From positions 11,203-75,202 of IMG/VR virus record IMGVR_UViG_3300046820_000495: a stretch of DNA of 64,000 nt; one strand, 5' to 3'. Shown one piece after another: positions 18,993 to 28,803 of the stretch. This stretch comes from a virus. The translations under genes were made by a program, and so were the position numbers. The notes under the pieces were generated by a model that was not told the DNA's origin, made no database searches, and was given only the letters and a program-made list of their open reading frames with translations. The stretch's first letter is position 1, and every line of letters begins with the position of its first letter.

Positions 18993-19264
18993 TATGCCAT
19001 CTCCAACATGTTAGCAGGAACGTTATAACGACCTTGCGGTGTGTTCACTAGTACAAACTTGACCTTGATCTTGTCAACGGTGCCGTTGTAGGTCATGCCA
19101 TTTCGGTTGCTGGTGAATTTGACCTTGGCACCAATTGTGAGTTGACGCTTGGTTGACTTGACCAATGAGGCCTTTGCAAAGCGAACTGCATCAAGGATGC
19201 TAGAAAGTTCAGTGTCAGTAAACTGACCAAACATGATTGCAGAATTGACTTGTTTGATATCCAT
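18992..19264 (-). CDS. Hypothetical protein (C-terminal SH3-like)
   Basis: SD AGGAG; LTIGAKVKF...YNVPANML. Confidence 0.7.
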   Translation of the reverse strand: MDIKQVNSAIMFGQFTDTELSSILDAVRFAKASLVKSTKRQLTIGAKVKFTSNRNGMTYNGTVDKIKVKFVLVNTPQGRYNVPANMLEMA

Positions 19265-19295
19265 CTCGGACTCCTTGAGTTAATAAGTTAAATGA

Positions 19296-19649
19296 TTAAT
19301 CTAAACGTGAACCAGCATAAACACGATCTAGTCCCAACTTGTCTTTCAACACCTGGGCGTAGGCTTCTGCACCTGCTTCCAAAATACTAATGCTCTGAGT
19401 AGGGAAACCACTGGGGTTCCACAAACACAATGAACCGGTGTAGTCCTTACGGAAGCCTGTGGCCGCTAGCCACTTGCCCAGCTTGGAGTTTGAGCGAACG
19501 CCGTAGACGTTAACCCAGGCAAAGCCACAAGCATCACGATCGCCATGCTTGGCGTGGAATGCCTTGGCGGCAGAGCGGGCTTGAATGCCTGCTTCGTTGC
19601 AAGTGTCTTGAACCAACTGCTCTGTGATGTGTGTTGCGATTGCTGTCAT
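19296..19649 (-). CDS. Hypothetical early protein
   Basis: ACGFAWV...SRLD; strong SD and own promoter. Confidence 0.75.
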   Translation of the reverse strand: MTAIATHITEQLVQDTCNEAGIQARSAAKAFHAKHGDRDACGFAWVNVYGVRSNSKLGKWLAATGFRKDYTGSLCLWNPSGFPTQSISILEAGAEAYAQVLKDKLGLDRVYAGSRLD

Positions 19650-19681
19650 TTTAAACTCCTGTTTTGTTTGCGTATGTATGT

Positions 19682-19745
19682 ATTATAGCACCGAACCAAT
19701 AACCCGTCAACCTGATGGGCTATTGTATGTTGTTTTTAAGCAACA
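19682..19745 (-). promoter_or_regulatory. sigma70 promoter with upstream TGTTG-N8-CAACA palindrome
   Basis: TTGACG-17-TATAAT; palindrome at 19728-19745. Confidence 0.8.
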
Positions 19746-19939
19746 AAGTCAAAAGCAAACTCCACTGGAGTTCGGCTGACGCGGACCTTGCCAAATCCAA
19801 AGGCCTTGGACAATTTGTGAAACACTTGACGGGCTTCGTCTTCAGTACAGTCAATAAAGAGTGTACCGTATTCAAAAGCGGCTTTGTTGTCGCCGAGAAC
19901 GCTTGAAACTTTGGTAAGAACAACTGTTTCGAAACCCAT
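19736..19939 (-). CDS. Hypothetical early protein
   Basis: SD AGGAG; promoter TTGACC-17-TATAAT at 19969-19997. Confidence 0.7.
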   Translation of the reverse strand: MGFETVVLTKVSSVLGDNKAAFEYGTLFIDCTEDEARQVFHKLSKAFGFGKVRVSRTPVEFAFDFVA

Positions 19940-19993
19940 TTAAACTCCTTTTTGCTTGCTATGTGTATATTATAGCGCAAATTGAGCCTAAGG

Positions 19994-20296
19994 TCAACCG
20001 TTTTTCACAACTTTTTGTGTTATATTTTTGCGACTCTTTAAGGGTACTACCTTAGTATTACTTTTACTTTTTTGCTTTTTTACAACACGCTTAGAAAACT
20101 CTTGACTTAGATAATAAGTGGTAATTTTTTTGCTAATGTAATAAACAACATCCGATGAATCGTCTTCAATGACCCACTGGTACGGGCAATGAATCCAACT
20201 TGAAGTGCTAAGGAACTTATGGTACAGTTCTCGATGAGCTTTGTTGTTAGGATCAAATAGTGTAGGAGGCCTTTGATGTATGAATGATTTTAACAT
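19994..20296 (-). CDS. Hypothetical basic protein
   Basis: FDPNNKAHR...WIHCPYQW; promoter TTGACT-18-TATAAT at 20333-20362. Confidence 0.65.
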   Translation of the reverse strand: MLKSFIHQRPPTLFDPNNKAHRELYHKFLSTSSWIHCPYQWVIEDDSSDVVYYISKKITTYYLSQEFSKRVVKKQKSKSNTKVVPLKSRKNITQKVVKNG

Positions 20297-20429
20297 GTGT
20301 GTAAATTACTACTAAAAGTTGGTAACAACGTAATTATACACGAAGTGTTGTAAACAAGTCAACCATGCTTTGGTTAGTTGGACCGTTATGTGCTATGATA
20401 ACTATATGAACACAACAAGGAACTTTTGA

Positions 20430-21191
20430 ATGGCTTGGGAAAAAACATACGACTTTTTTATACACTCGTTCTATGGCAACAACTTTGGTAAGAGAGTCAA
20501 CGCCAACATCATCTACTCACCGGGTATTGACAGGATTATTGCAGTCGACAGTTATGATCCTTTCACTGCTGTAGAGTCTGCACAAATTTTATCATCCAAG
20601 CTTCCTTTGTTGGTAGGTATCCTAACAAAGAATGATGACATGGATATCAACAACTACAATTGCCTTGAGTACACGCTCAAAGAAAAGAACGCACAGGCCG
20701 GCTCCAGTTCAATCCTTGTTAGCAGACAAACGCCTTTACTCAAACGTCTAACAGGTGGTGTTGTTAAAGTTGGTCCAACTGTGGAGTATGGGGATGGTGA
20801 CCGCAAAGAAGTATTGACACAGTTACATGAGTATGCTAAATTTGTTATCCAAGCTTGGCATGCTGTAAAGGTATTGGATTTGATTTTTAACATCTATCCA
20901 TTGGGTGTGTATGCAGATGATTATTTCAACGACACCATACCTGCAGAGTTTAAAACACCATATGACAATACAAACATTGCCACTGGAACAGGTGTCAAAC
21001 AAGAAATGAAGAAAATACTTTATCGTGCCGATACACCAGCACAGGCATTACAACAAATAGAAGACCTGTGGGCGTCGGTTCCTGATGCTGTTCTGTTTCG
21101 TAATGCATGGTATCAAGTTTTAGAATTACCGCTTCCCGAGAGGCTGAAGAACATATCATACTCAGGCAACTTAACTGCCTTTGCTGTCTAA
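20430..21191 (+). CDS. Hypothetical protein, first gene of a 4-gene operon
   Basis: 253 aa; TAACTA upstream; TAATG coupling to the next gene. Confidence 0.75.
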   Translation: MAWEKTYDFFIHSFYGNNFGKRVNANIIYSPGIDRIIAVDSYDPFTAVESAQILSSKLPLLVGILTKNDDMDINNYNCLEYTLKEKNAQAGSSSILVSRQTPLLKRLTGGVVKVGPTVEYGDGDRKEVLTQLHEYAKFVIQAWHAVKVLDLIFNIYPLGVYADDYFNDTIPAEFKTPYDNTNIATGTGVKQEMKKILYRADTPAQALQQIEDLWASVPDAVLFRNAWYQVLELPLPERLKNISYSGNLTAFAV

Positions 21192-22486
21192 TGCTAAAAC
21201 CCAACGATCCAATTTACTTCAGTAGCGTTATCTTCAACGGCTACCAAAATAAGTTTTGGCAGAACCTATATGATGAAGCACCTCCCAACAGTGGTGGCCG
21301 TTTTGCTATTAACTTGGCAAGACGTATCAACCCCAACAGATTTGTAAGTCGCGACAAGAGTTCATGGAGCCTGCCATGGAACCAACCTGTTTGGCCTGGC
21401 TTTGAGCTTCCAACATACAATCCCAACTTCTCAATGAGTTTTGAAGAAGCAACAGATTTACGAGCATTAGAAATTAAAGACCGTATCAACAATCATGGTG
21501 AGAAGTTTGCCATGATGTGGTCAGGTGGTATTGACAGTACACTAGCATTATCTGCTCTTATTAAGAACTTGACCAAAAGCGAATTAGCAAACATTGTTAT
21601 TTGTACAGGCACTATTGCACTTATTGAAAACCCAGAGTTTTGGCACAAGTTTGTACACGGCAAGTTCCAGTTGTTTGACAGTTTAAAAGTCAAGTATCAT
21701 GACTTGATTGGCATGGGCTATAGGCCTATTACCTGTGACGAAGGCGACTGTATCTTTGGTACTGCATTTGGTCTCAGCTTGTATTACAATTGGGAATCAT
21801 ACGGAGATAAGATGAGTGCTGAAAGCCGTGCTCACATTGCCAGTATCATTGACAAAGCAACTGATCCGGAAGTACACTTTAGTCAGTTCAAAGACTTGCT
21901 GATTGCTTACTTCCAAATTCCACGCAAGCAAGGATTTCCTTGGCCCAGTATCGACGAACCAGATCCAGACTTTGGTCGCTTGCTGTATGAGAAGTATGCA
22001 AAGAACGCAATGACTACAGATGTTCCTATCCGTAGCTTGCATGATTTCTTTTGGTGGTTAATCTTTAACGTAAAATATTTGAACTGTGCTGTACGTGGTA
22101 GCTTATACTTTAACGATCACATTCCTGTGCAACAATGCGTAGACACTATTGTTAACTGGTTTAATGCTGACAACTACCAATTGTGGAGCATGGCCAATAA
22201 CAACAATGGTCAGAAGATTAGACACAATGCCGCTAGCTACAAGTGGGCGGCACGCGAGTACATTTATAGTGTAGACAAGAACATTTACTACAAGAACTTT
22301 AAACTTAAACTTGAGTCCATGGGCGTGGCCACATATAAACAAGATGTAAGCAGGTTACCGTTGGCAACTAGACCCAACGCACGTTTTGGTATAGACTCTA
22401 ACTACAACTTGCTTTACATTGATCAACCTGATGTGCAGGAATATATCCGCCATCATATTATGAATTTTGAAATTGACTGGGGTTAA
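21191..22486 (+). CDS. PP-loop ATP pyrophosphatase (asparagine-synthase C-domain-like; no glutaminase domain)
   Basis: WSGGIDST and CDEGDCIFG motifs; start reassigned to 21191. Confidence 0.72.
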   Translation: MLKPNDPIYFSSVIFNGYQNKFWQNLYDEAPPNSGGRFAINLARRINPNRFVSRDKSSWSLPWNQPVWPGFELPTYNPNFSMSFEEATDLRALEIKDRINNHGEKFAMMWSGGIDSTLALSALIKNLTKSELANIVICTGTIALIENPEFWHKFVHGKFQLFDSLKVKYHDLIGMGYRPITCDEGDCIFGTAFGLSLYYNWESYGDKMSAESRAHIASIIDKATDPEVHFSQFKDLLIAYFQIPRKQGFPWPSIDEPDPDFGRLLYEKYAKNAMTTDVPIRSLHDFFWWLIFNVKYLNCAVRGSLYFNDHIPVQQCVDTIVNWFNADNYQLWSMANNNNGQKIRHNAASYKWAAREYIYSVDKNIYYKNFKLKLESMGVATYKQDVSRLPLATRPNARFGIDSNYNLLYIDQPDVQEYIRHHIMNFEIDWG

Positions 22487-23440
22487 ATGAAACACTATCC
22501 AAGTAAAGAAGAACTTGACAGCTTGCCAGGCTTTGGCAAGGACGGTTGGATTAAGTATCGCTTCAACAGAAGCTTTGAAAATCCATATCCAGAATCCGAA
22601 ATGGATGCATACTTGTGTCCAAGCGGCCCATCTACTATTTTAAGCGTGGAGCAGGCATCAGATAACAATGCCATGGACATTTATGAAACATATGGAAAGC
22701 AAGGTCCATTGTTTGTGGCAATGAGCGGAGGTATTGACAGCGAATGGGTTGCCAAGACACTACATCGTAATAAGATTCCGTTTACTCCTATTATCTATCA
22801 GTGCCAAGACTTACATAGTTTAGATACCTGGTGGGCATACAAATGGTGCAGAGAAAACGGATATGAGCCGGTAAAGTATACTGACCTTATTGGTGAGTTT
22901 GCTGATAGACTTATTCGTGTTGCTCGTGAAAACTGTACACGCCTAACAGGTGGCCCGGCAGCTATTTTACCATGTCGCGAATATGCAGAAAGTCGCGGTG
23001 GCTTCTTGTTAACAGGAGCAGGCTTCTTTGAATTCTTCCCAGATGACAACTCCGATTATATGTGGAGTCGTTACAAAGATACCAAACTGGTCGACGATGA
23101 AGGTATTGCTCACGAGCATTGCTGGATCATCAGCGAGTGTGAATTTACACACGCACGTTGGACAGCGCCAGGACACCCTTGGAACTTTATGAGTTGGACA
23201 CCCGAGTCCTTCCTTGCTTATGTCAATGCCAGACAGGTTGGTCGTAACAGTGAATGGAACAAGGCAAAGATCTTTGGTTGCAGTCCACGTCCTAAGATTG
23301 CTGGCGCACATGACTTCTTCTGGAGAACCAATCCACTAGTAGCCAAGTACATTATGCTTAAAAATAATCTTGGTTGTAGCGAAGTTGATAACTTGGGCAC
23401 AACTGAAGAAATTATTGCACGTTTAACAGGAACGATATGA
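22487..23440 (+). CDS. Second PP-loop (adenine nucleotide alpha hydrolase) protein
   Basis: VAMSGGIDSE motif. Confidence 0.7.
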   Translation: MKHYPSKEELDSLPGFGKDGWIKYRFNRSFENPYPESEMDAYLCPSGPSTILSVEQASDNNAMDIYETYGKQGPLFVAMSGGIDSEWVAKTLHRNKIPFTPIIYQCQDLHSLDTWWAYKWCRENGYEPVKYTDLIGEFADRLIRVARENCTRLTGGPAAILPCREYAESRGGFLLTGAGFFEFFPDDNSDYMWSRYKDTKLVDDEGIAHEHCWIISECEFTHARWTAPGHPWNFMSWTPESFLAYVNARQVGRNSEWNKAKIFGCSPRPKIAGAHDFFWRTNPLVAKYIMLKNNLGCSEVDNLGTTEEIIARLTGTI

Positions 23441-24039
23441 GTACTAGAACACAAGAAGACCTTTATTTTCAAATCGCCGTAACTGCATTATCTTATAACG
23501 ATAGGAAACCAAACTTCACAGTTGACATCGACGGGAGAGATTCTGTTACATATCACTTTGATAAACGAAACAAGCAGACCATGGAATTTACATTCCCTGC
23601 CAAGTCTTTAGATTTTACATCGGACCATAGTCTTAACATTACATTACTCAATCATCCTGTGTTAACCAGTTTGTACAGTGGAGAAACACTAATAGAATCT
23701 GCAGGACTTGAAATTATCAACATTGCAGCCATCTTCCTTCCTAGCAAACGTCAATACTCTATCCCAACAGGATTTGGACAAGAAGATACCACTGGAAGAA
23801 ATGTTACAGTACCTCCACTGGCCCCACACATTGTAAAGTTTGGCGATCAGGTTGGATTTAAGTTTTGGTTAAATGGCGATATTCTAAGCAAAGAAGCCAA
23901 GTTCCATAAAGCAGATGGCTCTGTACAACAAAGCACTGGCAAGAACTTTAGAATGACACAAAACGGCACATTTAAACTTTCATTCCGTAGTCCCATACCT
24001 TACTGGATACTGCAAAGATTTTATGTAGTTGACAAATGA
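23437..24039 (+). CDS. Hypothetical beta-rich protein
   Basis: 200 aa; ATGA overlap. Confidence 0.7.
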   Translation: MSTRTQEDLYFQIAVTALSYNDRKPNFTVDIDGRDSVTYHFDKRNKQTMEFTFPAKSLDFTSDHSLNITLLNHPVLTSLYSGETLIESAGLEIINIAAIFLPSKRQYSIPTGFGQEDTTGRNVTVPPLAPHIVKFGDQVGFKFWLNGDILSKEAKFHKADGSVQQSTGKNFRMTQNGTFKLSFRSPIPYWILQRFYVVDK

Positions 24040-24065
24040 AAAAAGCCCTCGAAAGAGGGCTTTTT
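24039..24065. terminator. Bidirectional Rho-independent terminator
   Basis: AAAAAAGCCCTC-GAAA-GAGGGCTTTTT between convergent genes. Confidence 0.9.
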
Positions 24066-24082
24066 GTTGAGTCAAGCTTAAA

Positions 24083-24376
24083 TTAAGCTTCTGTCATTGT
24101 AATGCCGTTAGCCGCATTATATGCATCTAAGGCAGTACGATTGCTGGCGTTGACTGAGTCAGCCGCCCATTCAGTGTAGGCTGCTTCGTTAACGTATGTG
24201 TTTTTAACAACAAGTGTTAAACGATCAGGACTGATTTCAGAAGAAATGCCTAATATTTTAGCAACTGCACCGTTTGTATAAACAGTACGGTTGTGAATAA
24301 TTGTAGCATCATCAGGCTTGTAGAAAGCAGTAGAAGTGTTGCTTCTAACCATTGTTAATGTTTTAGTGAAAGCCAT
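24083..24376 (-). CDS. Small protein, paralog 1 of 3 (possible dimeric alpha-beta barrel)
   Basis: Shares R.N...F...Y...S.DRL.L...YN..N.I pattern with neighbours. Confidence 0.72.
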   Translation of the reverse strand: MAFTKTLTMVRSNTSTAFYKPDDATIIHNRTVYTNGAVAKILGISSEISPDRLTLVVKNTYVNEAAYTEWAADSVNASNRTALDAYNAANGITMTEA

Positions 24377-24386
24377 GATTGTTTCC

Positions 24387-24686
24387 TTATAGTGTACCTA
24401 AAATAACTGTAATGTTATTTTCAGTGTTGTACGTGTCCATTACAGTCATGTTAGCGGCTACAATTGGGTCTGCCATAAAAGCGGCATGTGTTTCTACGCT
24501 AGACCATGTACTGGCCATAGTTAACGATAGTCTATCTTCTGATAGCATGAACTCTGATTTACGTAAGTCACCAGATCCAAATCTGTATGTGGCGTTGATA
24601 TAATCCAAGACTGTGCTTGGAGTTTGAAACCAGGCTACACTAGCGTTTGGGCGAATAGTGGTTCTTGTTAATGTAATGTCTGACAT
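24387..24686 (-). CDS. Small protein, paralog 2 of 3
   Basis: IRPNASVAWF...SEDRLSL...TWSS...ADPIV...YNTENNI; TAAATA upstream. Confidence 0.72.
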   Translation of the reverse strand: MSDITLTRTTIRPNASVAWFQTPSTVLDYINATYRFGSGDLRKSEFMLSEDRLSLTMASTWSSVETHAAFMADPIVAANMTVMDTYNTENNITVILGTL

Positions 24687-24769
24687 TTTTTAAAATCCTT
24701 TTAGCAATAAATGCATCAAATTTATTTATGATTTAACAGGAAACCATCGTGGCCTGTTGCTTCTTTTAT

Positions 24770-25084
24770 TTAGTCCGTTTGGGACATATCCGAGATATCT
24801 TGTGCAATAATGCCATTTTCGACATTATATGCATTGCTTTCTATGATAGAAATTAGTACAATTGGATCGCGTCTGAACTTTAAGTACTCATCATATGAAA
24901 TCCATGTTCTAGTAATCAAGAAAGTTGTTCCGGTGTTTTCGTACATTTCTGCTATCAGTGTTGGGTTTTCGGCGTTTCTGCCATAAGTTTTCCACATGTA
25001 CTCAACTGAGGCCAAATCAAAGTGAAAATCTACATCTGCGTTTGGGCGGACCGTTATTAGTTTCTGAATAAATTGCTTTTGCAT
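24770..25084 (-). CDS. Small protein, paralog 3 of 3
   Basis: Start reassigned to MQKQF (SD GGAG, TAAATA upstream); VRPNADVDF...TWIS...DPIV...YNVENGI. Confidence 0.7.
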   Translation of the reverse strand: MQKQFIQKLITVRPNADVDFHFDLASVEYMWKTYGRNAENPTLIAEMYENTGTTFLITRTWISYDEYLKFRRDPIVLISIIESNAYNVENGIIAQDISDMSQTD

Positions 25085-25202
25085 TATTGCTCCTGTACTA
25101 TATTTAGCATGTGGGTATCGAGTGTGCTTGCCGCTTGCGTTTGACAAACAAAGAGCGTATAATAAAATGCTAAGTAATTCGACAGCCAAACTTTCAATTT
25201 TT

Positions 25203-25760
25203 ATGATTGCAGAAAACCAATACCCAGCATTACTACTAAATGCTGACTTCCAACCGGTGCACATGCATCCACTCAGTACAATTACATGGCAGGATGCTAT
25301 CAAGTCTGTATTTGCGGACCGTGTAACTGTGGTCGAAGAATACGACGTAGAAGTACACAGTGGACATCAATCTTGGAGACTTCCAAGTGTTGTGGCTCTA
25401 AAGGATTATGTACGTAGAGATCAGACGCCTACATTTAGCCGTTACAATGTATACCTGCGTGATTCCTTTGCTTGCCAATACTGTGGCGGGGAATTTGAAG
25501 CCAAGCATTTGACATTTGACCATGTTATTCCAAGAGCACATGGTGGTATCAGTTCATGGCAAAACGTTGTTGCGGCTTGCAGTCCTTGCAATCATCGCAA
25601 GGGTTCTAAGTTACCAGCCGAAGCTAAAATGTTCCCAATAAACAAGCCAGTGGCACCTAGTGCTTGGGACTTGTATGCTCGCGGCAAGAAGCGGCCATAT
25701 AAGAATCTCCACGAAACGTGGAGAGACTACTTGTACTGGGATAGTGAGCTAGAGTCTTAA
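25203..25760 (+). CDS. HNH endonuclease (McrA-like)
   Basis: LLLNAD, RD.F.CQYCG, TFDHVIPR..GG, WQNVVAACSPCN.RK. Confidence 0.9.
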   Translation: MIAENQYPALLLNADFQPVHMHPLSTITWQDAIKSVFADRVTVVEEYDVEVHSGHQSWRLPSVVALKDYVRRDQTPTFSRYNVYLRDSFACQYCGGEFEAKHLTFDHVIPRAHGGISSWQNVVAACSPCNHRKGSKLPAEAKMFPINKPVAPSAWDLYARGKKRPYKNLHETWRDYLYWDSELES

Positions 25761-26371
25761 GGCGCGGTATAATAATCCCCTGGCCCATCAACAAGGGCTA
25801 TGGGGTTTAGTTTATCAATCTTAATGGCCACAAGCCATTTTTCTTCTGGCATAATGTCTAAGATCAAATGAGTGCGCGGAGTATCTCCGCGATTGGTAGC
25901 ACTATGTATAACACGATTGTTCAACTCATATAGATTACCCAGATCCATGTGGTATTCTTCTCCTTCCCATAACTGAACACAATTTTCATTTGTGTATATA
26001 GGAACATGTAGTCTAACACAATTGTCGTGGAACCAACATGGATCTTTGTGCCAACCAAGTGTAACGCCTGGCACAAGTGTAGCAACCTCTCCACGTATCC
26101 ATTTGTAACCTTTGTACTGCGGCAGACTCATTATCCAGTCTAGTAAAGGTCTACTGGCTTTTAAAATTGCACTTTGCTCGGGTGTATACTCTTTGTTTGG
26201 CTTTGCAATAGGAAAAGGATATTCAACTAGCTTACCCGATGCAAGGACTTTTTCAAATCTGTCATACTTTCCGTTTGACCAATCTGCTACTGCTTTACAT
26301 GCTTCAGTAACAGGGTCTATTAGCTCGGAAGCCACTGTTGAAATTATCCTGTGGTTTGATTCGAATAACAT
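25757..26371 (-). CDS. AspH-like 2OG-Fe(II) oxygenase
   Basis: WHKD...RLHVPIYTN...ELNNRVIHSATN...RTHLI. Confidence 0.82.
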   Translation of the reverse strand: MLFESNHRIISTVASELIDPVTEACKAVADWSNGKYDRFEKVLASGKLVEYPFPIAKPNKEYTPEQSAILKASRPLLDWIMSLPQYKGYKWIRGEVATLVPGVTLGWHKDPCWFHDNCVRLHVPIYTNENCVQLWEGEEYHMDLGNLYELNNRVIHSATNRGDTPRTHLILDIMPEEKWLVAIKIDKLNPIALVDGPGDYYTAP

Positions 26372-27099
26372 TACCAGTCCTTAATTTTTATAATTTTTCT
26401 AATTTCTCTTGGCCTGTATGTTCTGCAATTCCAGTTCTTGGCAAAAGGTTTTACTGCACTTTTTAAAATGTCAACAAGCATGATAATCCTGAAGTCTTTA
26501 CCTTCATGCTTTGTGCCATGGAACACATTACAGTCATCAAATGCAAATAGCTCTCCATCGACCCATTCGTGTCTTTCGTTTTCAATATCAAACACACAAC
26601 CTTTTGCACCCTTTAACACCAAGTGGAATCTAACATAGTTGTCATCAAGACCCCAGTGGTGATTTAGTCTACTACCGGGTAAGCAAGTGTTGAATGTGAT
26701 TCCACCGATTACATCAATATTGTCCATCATCCATTTTTCAGTGAAAGGAAAGCTTGCAATTGTATCTTCAAAGAACATTACATGATTGCCACCTGGCTCT
26801 CTCCACTTGTTCCACTTTAATGTAAATGCTTCGTTAATGTCAACTAGAGTGTCTCTAAGTAAAAGTGATGTAGCTTTAAAATTACCATAGTACAACTGAT
26901 CCTTAAAGAAGTCAGTGGTGTAGTTTAGCTTTGCACCAGTTTCTCTTTCCATTAGACCTTCTGTAGTAATGGATTCTAAGTTTAATTTTTTCTTCAGATG
27001 CTCTAATATTTCATCACGTATGATTGTCCAATTTTCAGTTAAAGGATCTAAAAGTGGGCAATCATTAAAATACATGTAGTGAGATTTTTTACTGTCCAC
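26371..27099 (-). CDS. Aspartyl/asparaginyl beta-hydroxylase-like oxygenase
   Basis: PGSRLNHHWG...RFHL...FAFDD...H...RI.MLVD. Confidence 0.82.
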   Translation of the reverse strand: MDSKKSHYMYFNDCPLLDPLTENWTIIRDEILEHLKKKLNLESITTEGLMERETGAKLNYTTDFFKDQLYYGNFKATSLLLRDTLVDINEAFTLKWNKWREPGGNHVMFFEDTIASFPFTEKWMMDNIDVIGGITFNTCLPGSRLNHHWGLDDNYVRFHLVLKGAKGCVFDIENERHEWVDGELFAFDDCNVFHGTKHEGKDFRIIMLVDILKSAVKPFAKNWNCRTYRPREIRKIIKIKDW

Positions 27100-27949
27100 T
27101 TACCTCTCCTGTTAACGATATATCATGTTCAATGTTACAACGCCACATTAGGCGTTCATCTTCACCTTTAAGGTCCAAGAATGTACGACGGTGAACAAAC
27201 GGCCAGTTATCATACAATACCATATCATTAGGAGCCCATGTATGTGTGTAAACACATTCTGGAACTTCTGCCATTGCTTCCATTAGTTCTTCTACAATGC
27301 CTGTGCCCATGCTCTTACCATCTAGCTTTGTATCAACGATCCACGAGTCAGTTGTGCCATGATAATTGCAACGTGGGCTCCAACGTCCTGTAATTGGTTC
27401 TTGTTTCATTGCAGGCCATTCAATAATGTCTTTGCCTAAGTGGTGCCAGTTCTGCTGAACAACTGTTCGCTTTTCCCAACGCTCTCTAAGTTTAGGATGT
27501 ACTTCTGGGTAAGCCTTTTCCATATCGAGCCAAACAGTTAGGCCAGCTTTGGGATTAGGTACAGTTTTCATATAGATAATACGATGCGGGAATTGAATGC
27601 CGCCATCAACACGATTGGCGATGTCAGCATGCCAAGGCATTTCTTTGTCTGCTAGTCGGATACTAATCTTATTACTCATCGACGTAATGTACTTTGGCTT
27701 TAATGGCTCAGTTGGATCTTTAACTATTTCCCATTTCTCAGTACTACGGTGGTAATCGATTGCGTCCCAAGGTTTCCCCCATAACGCACAAAATTTCCAA
27801 TAGGTTGCTTTATCCCATTCAGGAGCATGAAATACCAGCATCTTTCGATCGTATAATAGTTTTCGCAATTCTCGTGTATCTTGTTCAAAGATATCGCTCA
27901 TGTCGGTAAACTCTGTACCCCAGTCGTTGAATATGTTTTTTATCTGCAT
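27089..27949 (-). CDS. TauD/TfdA family dioxygenase
   Basis: WHAD, HTW.PNDMVLYDN...HRR, RLMWR; TAAATA 5 nt before ATG. Confidence 0.87.
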   Translation of the reverse strand: MQIKNIFNDWGTEFTDMSDIFEQDTRELRKLLYDRKMLVFHAPEWDKATYWKFCALWGKPWDAIDYHRSTEKWEIVKDPTEPLKPKYITSMSNKISIRLADKEMPWHADIANRVDGGIQFPHRIIYMKTVPNPKAGLTVWLDMEKAYPEVHPKLRERWEKRTVVQQNWHHLGKDIIEWPAMKQEPITGRWSPRCNYHGTTDSWIVDTKLDGKSMGTGIVEELMEAMAEVPECVYTHTWAPNDMVLYDNWPFVHRRTFLDLKGEDERLMWRCNIEHDISLTGEVSGQ

Positions 27950-27967
27950 GAATGTATTTAAGCAAAT

Positions 27968-28210
27968 TTACTTGCTAAGTTTTTCTAACATAAGTTTTTC
28001 TGCTTCTTCTTTGATCTGCAAGTCACGTGCTTTGGCTAACATAGGAAGAACTGATTCTACTAAATTAACAGCCATTTCCTTGCCAGGCCCTTCCAAGTGT
28101 GAAAATTTGTAATCTGACATGTTGCTTATATAAGCATACTTCCTGTGAGTAATTAGTTCTCGTAATGTGCCTAATACAATCATGGCCGCTTGTTCATCTA
28201 ATTCTGTCAT
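27968..28210 (-). CDS. Hypothetical protein
   Basis: Likely start MTELDEQ after SD AAGGA. Confidence 0.55.
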   Translation of the reverse strand: MTELDEQAAMIVLGTLRELITHRKYAYISNMSDYKFSHLEGPGKEMAVNLVESVLPMLAKARDLQIKEEAEKLMLEKLSK

Positions 28211-28221
28211 TTTACGTTTCC

Positions 28222-28803
28222 TTATCGGACCAACCACTCTGCGACAGGCTGTCCACCAAGCTCGCCTTCCAAAAGTTTTAATCTTTTCCACAGTGGATTG
28301 CATACTGATCCTTCTCTAATTACTGCTCTACCTACTAAAACTACTATGCCCCATTCACGCCTTTCCCAGCGAGGCTCATATCTAGGAACGGTGCCATGTT
28401 TCTGTTTATACTCTTCAGATAATATTTCTCTTTGTAACTTATATCCGTTTAGTTCATGATAATATACTGCATCATCTGGTATGATAATTCCATCTGGTAT
28501 GCGATCTGTTTCATACCAATGCCTGTATCCATTTCGAACCCATTCTACCATTACTTGGTTTTCCCATAGCAGTCTGCCAGCAACATCACGTAGGTGTTTG
28601 CCATGCCACTCCTGGGGGCTGGCATTGCTAACAGCCGCTACACTTGTATTGTCGCCACCAATGACACCAATGGGCATGTCATTGCCTTGTGCTATCTTAA
28701 TCTTATCACCGACCAAAGCCACTGTTAGGCCTGTGCGGTCTTCTTCATTTGGGTTACCATCTTCCCATTCAAACATTTCAGCGTAGCCGCTTGCTATTTT
28801 CAT
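28222..28803 (-). CDS. Stand-alone Peptidase_G2-like intramolecular chaperone domain
   Basis: YAEMFEWEDGNPNEEDRTG...PIGVI...RREWGIVVLVG. Confidence 0.72.
   Translation of the reverse strand: MKIASGYAEMFEWEDGNPNEEDRTGLTVALVGDKIKIAQGNDMPIGVIGGDNTSVAAVSNASPQEWHGKHLRDVAGRLLWENQVMVEWVRNGYRHWYETDRIPDGIIIPDDAVYYHELNGYKLQREILSEEYKQKHGTVPRYEPRWERREWGIVVLVGRAVIREGSVCNPLWKRLKLLEGELGGQPVAEWLVR

Noticed and set aside
19728-19745. Palindrome as a LexA box
   Set aside because: It does not match CTGT-N8-ACAG or other LexA consensus sequences I know; kept as an unknown operator.
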